Positions 8,901-15,281 of a stretch of 19,748 nt of DNA are shown here, in pieces. The stretch lies in contig JAZGFI010000141.1 in the NCBI GenBank assembly GCA_036479435.1, positions 1 through 19,748 of the forward strand. Direction: 5' to 3'. A program made the translations under genes and the position numbers. How positions within the stretch are numbered: position 1 is the stretch's first letter; the number at the start of each line of letters is the position of its first letter. A model generated the notes under the pieces. That model saw nothing but the letters and a program-made list of their open reading frames with translations. It was not told where the DNA came from and did no database searches. Origin of the DNA: Planctomycetota bacterium. Its GTDB lineage: Bacteria > Planctomycetota > GCA-002687715 > DRQF01.

Positions 8901-10753
8901 AGGGCCGCTTCGTCGTCGGCAAGGGCTAGAACACTCTTTGTTTCCAAATAGGGGCGGGGATCTTTAGGGCCGAGTTCCCAAGTTCGAAGCGGCTTCACGA
9001 GTTCGGTGTCGAGAGTCTCAAAACCCGACGCCACTCCCTTGCGACGAAACCAAGTCTCAAGGTTGACGGGGTGTATCCGCAGGGTTGCGCTCTTGACGTT
9101 GCGAAAAACGACTTCAATCTGCGCTTTAGTTCCGCCTTGAAGCTGGGAGTCTCCTCGCAGTTCAAGGACTTCCGACTGGAAAGTCTGGAGCAAGCGCCTT
9201 GCGGTTTTTGCGGATACGGTTGAGCCAAAACTCAGCAAGATTCGACGCAAGACTTTCACGCTGCCGTCGAGGTCGTGATCTTGGTGCTCCAGGACTGAGG
9301 CCAGGACCAAAAGACTCTTGGCTGCCGTGGCGGGATGAACTTTCGCGTAGCGATTCGCGGTCTCGCGGTAGAGTCGTTTGGCAACTTCGAATTGCTTCGC
9401 GCGTTCGGCCAGTTGGCCGAGGCCTAGCGACGCCATCGGGGCCATGCTCTTGGTGGGAAACAGCTCGAGGTAACGCGCCCACGCAGTTCTCGCCGCGTCG
9501 TAGTCTTTCGCGCGTTCGGCCGCCCGCGCCTCTTCGACGTACAAAAAGGGAACGCTTTGGGCCAAGCCGGGGCCGCGGGAGTCGTCGGGAAATTGCCTGA
9601 GAAAGGCATCGACGGCCGATCGGGCGCCGCTATAGTCTTGCCGGCTTTTTCTGAGTTCGACGATACCCGCGGCAATGGCTGGTGCCCTCGCCGTTTCTGC
9701 GTGGCTTTGGAGGTAGTCCCGCGAGGCTGTTTCTGCCGCCTCAACGTCGGGAATGGCTCGCTGGATGTCGATGATGGCGCTGCGGACCTCTTCTACCTTT
9801 TCGTGGCGCGGCTGTTCGGCGAGAAAGTTGTGCCATGCGGATAGCCCCGCTTCACGACCCTTCACCGAATTGGGCTTGGGCAGGCCATAACTCAGGCCCA
9901 AGTAGTAATGGAGGCCCGAGAACTCCGGTGCCTCCGCGCGCGGCCCCGCCTGCAAGGCGACGATGCCGGTTCGGGCGAGGTCTTTTTTTCCCTGGGCAAG
10001 GGCCGCACGAATCGCCAGGAGTCTCGCTCGACTAGCTAGTTCGGTTGTGAGTGCGGTGTCGCCAAGGAGTTCTTCCAGTTCCTTCACGGTCTTCAGCACT
10101 GCGGGGTGCTGTTTCAGGGAAAGTTGCGATTGCGCGATCTTAAAGAGCAATGGCCCTCGCTTTACGTCCTTGGCGCGGATGCGGCGCGCCTGATTTAGAA
10201 AGGTCAACGCACGATCGAATCGAGGTTCCCGTTTCGACGCGAAGAGGCCCTCCTCCGCTTTCGGGCTCAAGATGGCGTCAGCCATTTTCTCAAACCGGAG
10301 GGCGAGAGCTGCAAGGTGCTCCGGTGCCAGCGTTGCCGCAGAACTGCGCTCTAAGATTTGCGCCCCAAACTCAGCGTTTTTGCCTTCAAGACCCGCCTCC
10401 GCCAACAGGAACTGGGCTTGTGCTGTCCAGGCGCTGTCGACTTTCGATTCTTCGAGTCCGGCTTTTAGCCAATCAAAGGCCGCGTCGTGCTTCGACTGCA
10501 AAATTAAGGCTCGCGCCCTCAGAACGAGGACTTCGGCCTTCATTTCCGCGTTGATATCAGCTCGGTTGAGCACCTGAAGCTTACGGTCAGCCGCCGCATA
10601 CTGGCGGTTGGACAACAGGCGTCGCGCTTCCACGAGATCTTCGGCGGGTTCTGAGGTCCAAACGAGCCGCGCTTGCATCCAATCGTCCAGGCCAAAGCCG
10701 TAGGCGGATACGAGTATCAAGGAGAGGCAGAGAACGATCTTGCGAGAGCGCAT
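2930..10753 (-). CDS. Giant exported alpha-2-macroglobulin-like protein with N- and C-terminal TPR regions, 2607 aa
   Basis: Signal peptide MRSRKIVLCLSLILVSAYGFG, then TPR/BamD-like helices (FLAEQPRH, FLRQFPDD, YLELFPTK). Macroglobulin motifs: SDRPLYRPGQTI, VVDEAVLSL, KTDASGKGRVSFDLPDNLTTWRV and DELPTGL...PGKFRILPA. A second TPR block follows (FLALHPES). SD-like GGAG 7 nt before the ATG. No CxEQ thioester motif. Confidence 0.88.
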   Translation of the reverse strand: MRSRKIVLCLSLILVSAYGFGLDDWMQARLVWTSEPAEDLVEARRLLSNRQYAAADRKLQVLNRADINAEMKAEVLVLRARALILQSKHDAAFDWLKAGLEESKVDSAWTAQAQFLLAEAGLEGKNAEFGAQILERSSAATLAPEHLAALALRFEKMADAILSPKAEEGLFASKREPRFDRALTFLNQARRIRAKDVKRGPLLFKIAQSQLSLKQHPAVLKTVKELEELLGDTALTTELASRARLLAIRAALAQGKKDLARTGIVALQAGPRAEAPEFSGLHYYLGLSYGLPKPNSVKGREAGLSAWHNFLAEQPRHEKVEEVRSAIIDIQRAIPDVEAAETASRDYLQSHAETARAPAIAAGIVELRKSRQDYSGARSAVDAFLRQFPDDSRGPGLAQSVPFLYVEEARAAERAKDYDAARTAWARYLELFPTKSMAPMASLGLGQLAERAKQFEVAKRLYRETANRYAKVHPATAAKSLLVLASVLEHQDHDLDGSVKVLRRILLSFGSTVSAKTARRLLQTFQSEVLELRGDSQLQGGTKAQIEVVFRNVKSATLRIHPVNLETWFRRKGVASGFETLDTELVKPLRTWELGPKDPRPYLETKSVLALADDEAALKPGLYLVSAEDGVRRAERAVLVSDLQVTVKHAKEQMLVFVQKRISGDPVPNARILLSDGKKVVFEGKTGSDGVLLTKVDIQIRRRQVLALDGAHAACAESVGRSRKAKVFAWRDTIWCDSDRPLYRPGQTIRVFGFARRGGDDGYELPDEADKVDLQWRAASGIILARRSVALAKSGSFEAEFETSSEGEIGEQTITVRFRQSSRNIAFELRPFQRAELKVSVTPQLSDRPIAVPGEDVEVVVNTKDFMGQIRAGVQLDWIVWREDFVFDAAPLEAFSWLEEKKRRPRPSMSLDVKRGQGVSDKNGEYRFRVATGLLDRDQRYGIKVLARLDGTEPQSAFGSFTAGLAPYYAVIRAGRRAYRPGDKLEAEIILTGSRYEPLARTGLLRVMVRRDGAKEEEELERRSVVTASDGRARLKIEVPEVESLRLLFEGQEGDRKVIASKSIAVRSRRYEAEADLRLTAEKLVWREGETARFVLDVPVLERPVLVTYEGEKILGYRLHRPGEKSSTLELPLKSWAAPNLWVSASMVHRGSLRSSREEIVVGRWLDLSLKVSPENPQPGQEVNIDVLARDQQGNPVEAEFVMTVVDEAVLSLAPELSQGIRATFYGQRRSHRVRTKSSAAWRTHSRSEWLDQDLVDERKRRDRERGKAARGFSAEDAAFGLMAEEEMDEEVDALSDGMASANTAIGLGGGAGGAFGGRHGGKKRARKAAGMSLRDELRSQSKNSVLFMGEGLSSKERSLLGEPRQFTAGAFFNNNGDTEFRARTENIFNRALSGKREVTRRKFLDLAYYRHQLKTDASGKGRVSFDLPDNLTTWRVHTVGATASTQVGGGDTTLRVAKPIALRFVGPPRALVGDRFEAAWEVSWHGKSGSEVGLDVSMDDGTFELKLLGDGDLSFDRSGFKTVVGELKASSIGAGLATATAKNGKREDRLATALFSAPFGRPVSFGGSGTLQRDQRFRFEIPADVIAGSGSLRIAISTGAANELADGFAALISKRGGRFRNRTLIQTWVATQILAALDTQDSNLIFVRSALVKTVKRGLRQLVASRRAAGLCEDTLRPEDLAFALETLEAGASLGLLEVVEVLFRTRVVVQESLKRRLDGDSRAALILAATANRKSALKSLERMTREDRSLSAMGLARSVLAAERLEQPSLSARFLRRLKGRLVRRGDLVMARGNARVPWCKSDVIASAWALKAIVKSEGISDSARGLVRYLRSLRRGPLYGRMAESAAVIAALADYVSIESQRAAVGQVVVRVGGKSLATIDFSSAKPGSSLAEIPFAKFAKGGQEIVLQTPGLEGMRFTWVADCLVDADQVVAKSNRVSIRRRIIPWRKPSERHLVVEPGNNVLRPESRPDRVLSPSLTELREGERYELLWEIESDQLQADFTIVDELPTGLVLSPEVVREQPNLRFEGSKIVLPLHSIPEGLTRVTISVYALWPGKFRILPAEIRGDFEPELGGHSENVSLTVLNRSAGLGRVAIPAPSPDERFDAFKKAADAKDWESVAKLAAELGALDLLTSVRVVVLRQLFVANLKLGRFKASLRTLDEIADLGFEEPKLESGDLHRLGRAFASERQFGRAARRYLDLLETRFDWELVWRQSLVESGEVTRANRDVLNAILRHPSNPASRQAWIEAAESLLLTRDPAKKDLDVVLVSRKNYWEEGLLAFDRFLALHPESPESAEVRYQRLARLRRLGFVERLRRDGRDYAALGYRDGRAAQVEFWRLQAAYLAADYKEVRTIGGQLRQKIWGLPKHRRYCKHAESAAWYLGKVAEVEGKLDEALVFYKAAASSVPDAARSVDFLEERVLEFSPLHQAPAGKVSLDFALKNVNEVKASLYAVDLPLVFATRKSLRNINRVNLTGIAADRDHVKQWPAKPYQRRRVKLDLGVLKEGAWLVVVEGGGQFKTGLVLVSALELDVRRDGKDLQVRVLDRTSGKVVSGAQVRVGNGSRIVAQGSTDRRGLVSFQELAGKNLTILAAIDGRFALREL

Positions 10754-10805
10754 CGAAGAACTCCGGGTCTAGATGGATGAGACCACCGTGGTGGACGGCC
10801 TGGCA

Positions 10806-10833
10806 TGGAGACGGGGGCGGGGCAAAAAAGTTC
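10806..10833 (-). promoter_or_regulatory. Putative ECF (sigmaE/AlgU-like) promoter for the macroglobulin gene
   Basis: The minus strand reads GAACTT-N16-TCTCCA (-35 at 10828-10833, TCT at 10809-10811). It lies about 55 nt upstream of the ATG and downstream of the preceding gene's terminator. Confidence 0.4.
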
Positions 10834-10846
10834 GCTCCAAAGGCGC

Positions 10847-10891
10847 AAAAAGAAACACCGGATCGGACCAAAACGGTCCAAATCCGGTGTT
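10847..10891 (-). terminator. Rho-independent terminator of the 273-aa membrane protein gene
   Basis: Inverted repeat AACACCGGAT (10854-10863) / ATCCGGTGTT (10882-10891) with an inner GGACC/GGTCC stem, followed on the minus strand by TCTTTTT. Starts about 40 nt after the stop codon at 10931. Confidence 0.75.
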
Positions 10892-10930
10892 GACGTTCGA
10901 TTCAGATGGCCTTGCCTTGGGGTCAAAGGC

Positions 10931-11752
10931 TCAAGTAGGACGAGCCTCGTGCTCGATACTCACCCGCAACGTGCTTCCCAAGCGATCCGTGATGCGCTCG
11001 ATCTTGCGAATGCCTAGGACGTTCTCAAGAATAATAGTCTTGCTCGGCGCGTGAATCACGACCGTGCCCGAGTTGTAACCTGGATGGAAATACTCGACCA
11101 TATCCGTCACTCTCACTTCGACCCGAGGGTGCATCATGTTGATGCGCTCGCGGTCGCCGAAAAAGGCGTTTCGATAGATCTGCATTTCGTTGTGCTCGAT
11201 GACGACGTAGTTGAGTCGCGTCTTAATCCAAGAGACCAGGGCACAAAGCGCGAAAAAGATCGCGAAGAAGAAGTAGGCCTGCTCGCCGAACACCAGTCGC
11301 AGGTTTCGCAAAGTGTCGTAGATCCAGCTGCCCACGGGGAAGTCCGGACTGTTGACCGCAAAACCGATACTGACAATTGACACAAAAGCCCCCAGGAGGA
11401 CCACGGTCCAAGCACGGTTCCATTCGAAAATGAAGATGTTCATGTAGAAGATGAACCAAAAGACCCAAATCAGGCCCCAGACATGTTCCCAGTCTCCCGG
11501 CACTTCATTCGCCCCACTACCGCCCATCACCACGGCAACCCCGCAGATGAAAGAGATGACGGACAGGGGAATCAGAAAGATCGATTTGAAGTGAGCGCGA
11601 ATAATGACCATGTGACCCGCCATGATGCGAGCCCGGCGCCATTCGCTTTCGCTCACGTCGTTCGGACGGGACTGGTCGGCCTTCATCGCGAGATCGCGGA
11701 TGCGGCCAAAGTCGTCCTCTTTCGGGGGGACCGGAGTGTTCTCTTCCGCCAC
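10931..11752 (-). CDS. Hypothetical integral membrane protein (about 4 TM helices plus a soluble C-terminal beta-rich domain), 273 aa
   Basis: GTG start with an AAGGAGA SD at 11761-11767 and a terminator downstream. Hydrophobic segments: IFLIPLSVISFICGVAVVM, VWGLIWVFWFIFYMNIFIF, AWTVVLLGAFVSIVSIGFAV and AYFFFAIFFALCALVSWI. Confidence 0.85.
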   Translation of the reverse strand: MAEENTPVPPKEDDFGRIRDLAMKADQSRPNDVSESEWRRARIMAGHMVIIRAHFKSIFLIPLSVISFICGVAVVMGGSGANEVPGDWEHVWGLIWVFWFIFYMNIFIFEWNRAWTVVLLGAFVSIVSIGFAVNSPDFPVGSWIYDTLRNLRLVFGEQAYFFFAIFFALCALVSWIKTRLNYVVIEHNEMQIYRNAFFGDRERINMMHPRVEVRVTDMVEYFHPGYNSGTVVIHAPSKTIILENVLGIRKIERITDRLGSTLRVSIEHEARPT

Positions 11753-11965
11753 GCTGGTGTTCTCCTTTGGGTCGGGCGACCTTTACACAAAAGGCCGTCC
11801 CGCGTTGAACGACATGTTAACGCGAGACCGATTCTTTGCGAAGGCAGCCTAGGCCCAGATAATTCAAGGCCTCATGCCCGCAGGGAGCGAGCACAAAGGC
11901 AACCTTCTCTTCGGCGCATGAGGTCGAGATTCTGTGGAAAACAGCATTTTTCGACCTAAGAACGC

Positions 11966-13342
11966 CTATCTGGGAAGCAGCGGCACCTCCATTGAGAAAT
12001 CCTGGCGTCGGTAGACGCAGCGTCCGTCCTTATTGACGCAGGTGTGGTAAAGGGCGTAGCCCTTGATGACACACTTATGAACTCTCGCCGGCGTGGAGAA
12101 TTCAAACTCAAGGACCCTGGTTTCGTCGGACTCAGCTTCCTTGGGGTTTTTGAACTCGATCTGACGCTGGGAAGTCATTCCAATGGAGTTTTTGGCGATC
12201 CAGATTCGCAAGGGATCGCCCTCATTGTTCCACTTGCCCTGCACGGGCGTCATGCGAATGTGGACGCGGACCGGTTGCCCGGCCTTGACCTTTGCGGGTA
12301 CCACCGTCCAGGTCATCGCGATCAAGCCCTCATCACGCGTCACTCGCCCTTTGGGATCTGGTTCTATTGAGTCAGATGCCGCCATGACGAACTTTCGGAA
12401 TGGCGGTGCCGTCTCTGCCCCGCTCAGTGCGACCCTTAGCTCAATTGCTGTCTCACCGCGTGCTTTGATTTCGGCGATGGCAGGGTCCACCCAGTCGTAG
12501 AACGGATAGGGCTTATTTTGTCGCGGCCCATACTGCTGGATGCGGCGTCGCCAAATGTATTGATTAGGGTCAGCTCCCAAGGCCGCCGTCCAATTCTTCA
12601 CCGCCTTGCCGAAGTCACCGGGTTGGGCGCCCGCGCTGTCAAATCGAGTTCGATAGGCCACGCCCAAGCGAAAGAGGATTTTGCCCCGACCAGAGGCTTG
12701 GCGAAGGGCACGGGCGTAAGACTTGATAGCGTCGTTGAGCGCGGCGTCATCTTGGCCCCACATCAAGGACTTGTCTCCAGCGGCAACGACCTTAGAGACG
12801 GTTCGGTCTGAAAACTCGGCGCGAAACTTCTTTGATTTTGTTGGTTTCTTTGGTGCCTCGAACTTCGTGTTCACAAATTCAGCGAGCCCACTCGGTCGCG
12901 GCTTTCGGCTTCGAACCACGCCGTGCTCATCGATCAAGATCGCAATGGGCACGGAAGCCAAGTTCAGACTCGTCACGGCGTCTTGAGCCAGCGGCCAAGA
13001 ATACTGACGCCACTGGGCATAGAGCCGCGCGCGCTCAGCATGCTGTTCTTGGACGACACCCAACACGACGAGTTGGCTAGACTTGAGAAAGGGTCTCGCC
13101 GCTTCATTCCACACGGGAATGATCCTTCGGCAACCAGCTCACCAAGACGCGAAGTGGAGCAAGAGAACTTTGCTGCCGCGAAAGTCGGAGAGCGCGATTC
13201 TCGAACCGTTTTGGACACTGGGGAGCACGAAGTCGGGATAAACCTCGCCCTGAACAGGTTGGTAAGACTTCTCCGTCAGTTGAGCGTGGGCGTTAGCAAG
13301 ACTGAATGCGAGCGCAGCGATAAGTGCGATGTACTTCGTCAC
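11966..13342 (-). CDS. Probable selenoprotein: exported thioredoxin-fold (TlpA/redoxin-like) oxidoreductase with a UxxC motif, a helical TPR-like middle and an nDsbD-like C-terminal domain, 458 aa with Sec at residue 68
   Basis: GTG at 13342 follows GGAGGT, and the signal peptide is MTKYIALIAALAFSLANAHA. The frame reads PDFVLPS...IALSDFRGSKVLLLHFASW-TGA(13139-13141)-AGCRRIIPVWNE and continues in frame into track ORF 11966..13114. Also present: SVPIAILIDEHGVVR (Trx cis-Pro strand) and C-terminal YHTCVNKDGRC. Confidence 0.85.
13092..13135 (-). promoter_or_regulatory. Bacterial SECIS-like stem-loop directly 3' of the in-frame UGA
   Basis: mRNA: UGA GCU GGU-UGCCG-AAGGA-UCAUUCC-[CGUGU]-GGAAUGA-AG-CGGCG-AG-ACC. 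The upper stem is a perfect 7 bp and the lower stems are UGCCG/CGGCG and GGU/ACC. The 5-nt apical loop has G at position 2 followed by U and starts after a 23-nt spacer from the UGA. Confidence 0.75.
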
Positions 13343-13420
13343 GGTGACCTCCGTCTTCGCCGGGGTCCACAGCATGACTCATTGCGGTGCCTCCGAACAG
13401 CACGATCTGACGAAATCAGG

Positions 13421-14557
13421 CTAGATCAGCTCCGCCGCCATATGCCGGCATCTATCCACCATCGAATCGACAGCGATGAGCTCAAGGTGGTCCATATCCA
13501 GCAACTCTTCTGCCGCCGATACTTTCCCCTCAATCTCGTGGGCGATCGCATCAGCAACGTGAAGTGCGGTCGCAATCCCCAGACGATCATCGGCAATCGA
13601 AGGCTCGTGGTGAAAGGCCACGCCCTGCACGACGGGATAGCGGAATCCCCAGTCACTAAGTAACAAGGCACCCAGCGCGCCGTGCGTCACGACACTGCCC
13701 GGCACATCGACAAGTTCGCGTTCCCGAGGAAGCCGGGACGCCATCATCAACTTGCCCACGTCGTGCATCATCCCCGCGACGAAAGCATCATCACCCTGCA
13801 GTCGGTCGTTCTCGAACATGTCGCGTGCGATGACGCCGACGAGTGAGCTGTGATCGTTGAAGCTATCCAGCGAAAATTCCGTATGCTTGGCAACCGGAAA
13901 AGCGGCTGCAACCTCTAAGCTCAAGACGACACTGGCAACCATCCGGGCTCCCATGAAGCTGATGGCGTGCTGAACCGTTTGCAATTCAGTTCGCATCGGA
14001 AACCGCGACGAGTTGGCCATCGCCAGCAGCTTGGCGCTAATCGCGACGTCTTTTTCGACAATTTCCCCAACGTCTCCCAACCCCATTCCCGGATCGCCCA
14101 AGGCGAGCATGAGTTGACCATAGATCTTGGGCTGAACCGGCAAGTCGCCGATTTTCTCCACCAAGACACAGACTTCGGCGCCTCGGATGAGAGCATGAAG
14201 CTCGCAGGACCGAAAGATCACCCGGAGAAGCTCATCCATCTCGCAGCGCTTGAGAACGAACTGGTGGGCCACGGCCGTCGCCCGAAGAGGAGCGTCGTCC
14301 TTCATGGTGTCCGACATCACGATACGGACGACATCGGGGTGCTCATCCCGGACTTTCCTGAGGAGCATCGCCCCGTCCATGTCCGGCATGTGAAGGGCCG
14401 AGATGACGGCGCAAAAAGGAGCGCGCTCTATTTCTTTGAGCGCTGCCATTCCGCTGCCTACGAACACCAACTCCCACTCATCTTTGAACTCTTCGAGAGA
14501 GGATTCGACCCAATTCAAATACTCCTGATCATCATCGACAAAGAGCAAGCGCATCAT
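13421..14557 (-). CDS. REC-HDOD signalling protein with a degenerate receiver domain, about 378 aa
   Basis: The N-terminal MRLLFVDDD...MPDMDGAMLL...PDVVRIVMS is a receiver domain. The HDOD domain shows LPVQP, KDVAISAKLLAMANS, GMMHDVGKL, WGF and FHHEP. Start moved to ATG 14557 (or 14554) after an AAAGGA SD; the track's 33-aa extension looks spurious. Confidence 0.88.
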   Translation of the reverse strand: MMRLLFVDDDQEYLNWVESSLEEFKDEWELVFVGSGMAALKEIERAPFCAVISALHMPDMDGAMLLRKVRDEHPDVVRIVMSDTMKDDAPLRATAVAHQFVLKRCEMDELLRVIFRSCELHALIRGAEVCVLVEKIGDLPVQPKIYGQLMLALGDPGMGLGDVGEIVEKDVAISAKLLAMANSSRFPMRTELQTVQHAISFMGARMVASVVLSLEVAAAFPVAKHTEFSLDSFNDHSSLVGVIARDMFENDRLQGDDAFVAGMMHDVGKLMMASRLPRERELVDVPGSVVTHGALGALLLSDWGFRYPVVQGVAFHHEPSIADDRLGIATALHVADAIAHEIEGKVSAAEELLDMDHLELIAVDSMVDRCRHMAAELI

Positions 14558-14679
14558 TCCATTCCTTTGGTCCACGTGCGGGGCGGGATCGCTCGGGACA
14601 CGGCATTGAGAGCAGGCCCCAACGGCACCCAGCGCATCGAGGTCAGAAATGGCCAATGAACCATCTCGGATCTGTACTT

Positions 14680-14707
14680 ACCTCGGCATCATCTCCCTGC
14701 CGCTTAA
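14680..14707 (-). promoter_or_regulatory. Possible sigma28 (FliA)-type promoter for the REC-HDOD gene
   Basis: The minus strand reads TTAAG-N15-GCCGAGGT against the consensus TAAA-N15-GCCGATAA, about 120 nt upstream of the start. The match is imperfect. Confidence 0.3.
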
Positions 14708-14942
14708 GGGCCGTTACGACACCAGGGCCAGATCCGGTCTCGATTTTTCGGGCCACTCCAGACCTCCCGAGTCTCAAGATGAGAAGCGTTGAATAGGCCT
14801 CGATCCAAATGAGTGAGTTGAGGCCAACGAGATCCTATCCTCCGCAAGTCTCGGGTTGCGCGAGTCGATGCCTCGATATGAAACGAGCGCCACCCAGAAT
14901 CGAGAAGAGCCGACAGGAAAAAAGACTTCAACATCGTTCGAA

Positions 14943-15212
14943 TTAACGATGCCTTTGCTCCAAGTACTCCCGGGCGCGTGCCAAGACGCTGTCAATTTCG
15001 CCGTTGAGATCCGTGATCGTCGCTTCGACTTTGACGTCCGGCGAGACTCCCTTGCCGTCATATCGCTGTCCATTGCTGCGAAAGGAAGCCATGGATGAAA
15101 TACGAACGCGCAAACCACTATTGGGAAGCTTGAAAGACCGTGAGCGTCCGCTGCCCCCGCCGCTGCTGGTCCCCATGATGGTCACCTTGGGAAGCCCCTT
15201 GAATCCGCCAAG
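14943..15212 (-). pseudogene. C-terminal remnant of an S41-family (tail-specific protease-like) peptidase
   Basis: LGGFKGLPKVTIMGTSSGGGSG...LPNSGLRVRISS...NGQRYDGKGVSPDV...DSVLARAREYL matches the S41 C-terminal pattern (GxxTxG, GxGVxPD, DxxLxxAxxYL). The catalytic SA motif expected just upstream is missing, and the frame hits a stop about 19 codons further up. Confidence 0.7.
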
Positions 15213-15281
15213 ACGATCCCCGAGGCTACGCTCAGGTTCGGCGGCAAAGATCCAGACTATAGATAATAGTTAACTCTTGCT

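Noticed and set aside
3027..10577. Many short ORFs within or antisense to the macroglobulin gene
   Set aside because: No motifs or convincing starts; explained by codon bias of the uninterrupted 2607-aa frame.
11893..11923. CACAAAGGCAACC resembling the start of a c-di-GMP-I riboswitch
   Set aside because: It lacks the GAAA tetraloop stem and the downstream GCAAAGC segment, and it is on the strand opposite to the flanking genes.
13139..13141. Reading TGA as Trp/Gly (alternative genetic code) or as a simple pseudogene stop
   Set aside because: TGA serves as a normal stop at 83-85, 440-442 and 10931-10933. Its position in a WxxxC redox motif plus the hairpin favours Sec, though a nonsense mutation is not fully excluded without the sel genes.
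12923..13663. 246-aa plus-strand ORF
   Set aside because: Antisense to both the selenoprotein and HDOD genes, with no protein-family features.
14704..15118. Track ORFs 14704..14934, 14774..15118 and 14856..15098
   Set aside because: No recognisable features; they overlap the S41 remnant in other frames or lie in intergenic DNA.
15250..15278. AT-rich patch as a possible dif/Xer or attC recombination site
   Set aside because: It does not match the XerC/XerD arms or paired RYYYAAC/GTTRRRY cores well, and no recombinase gene is nearby.
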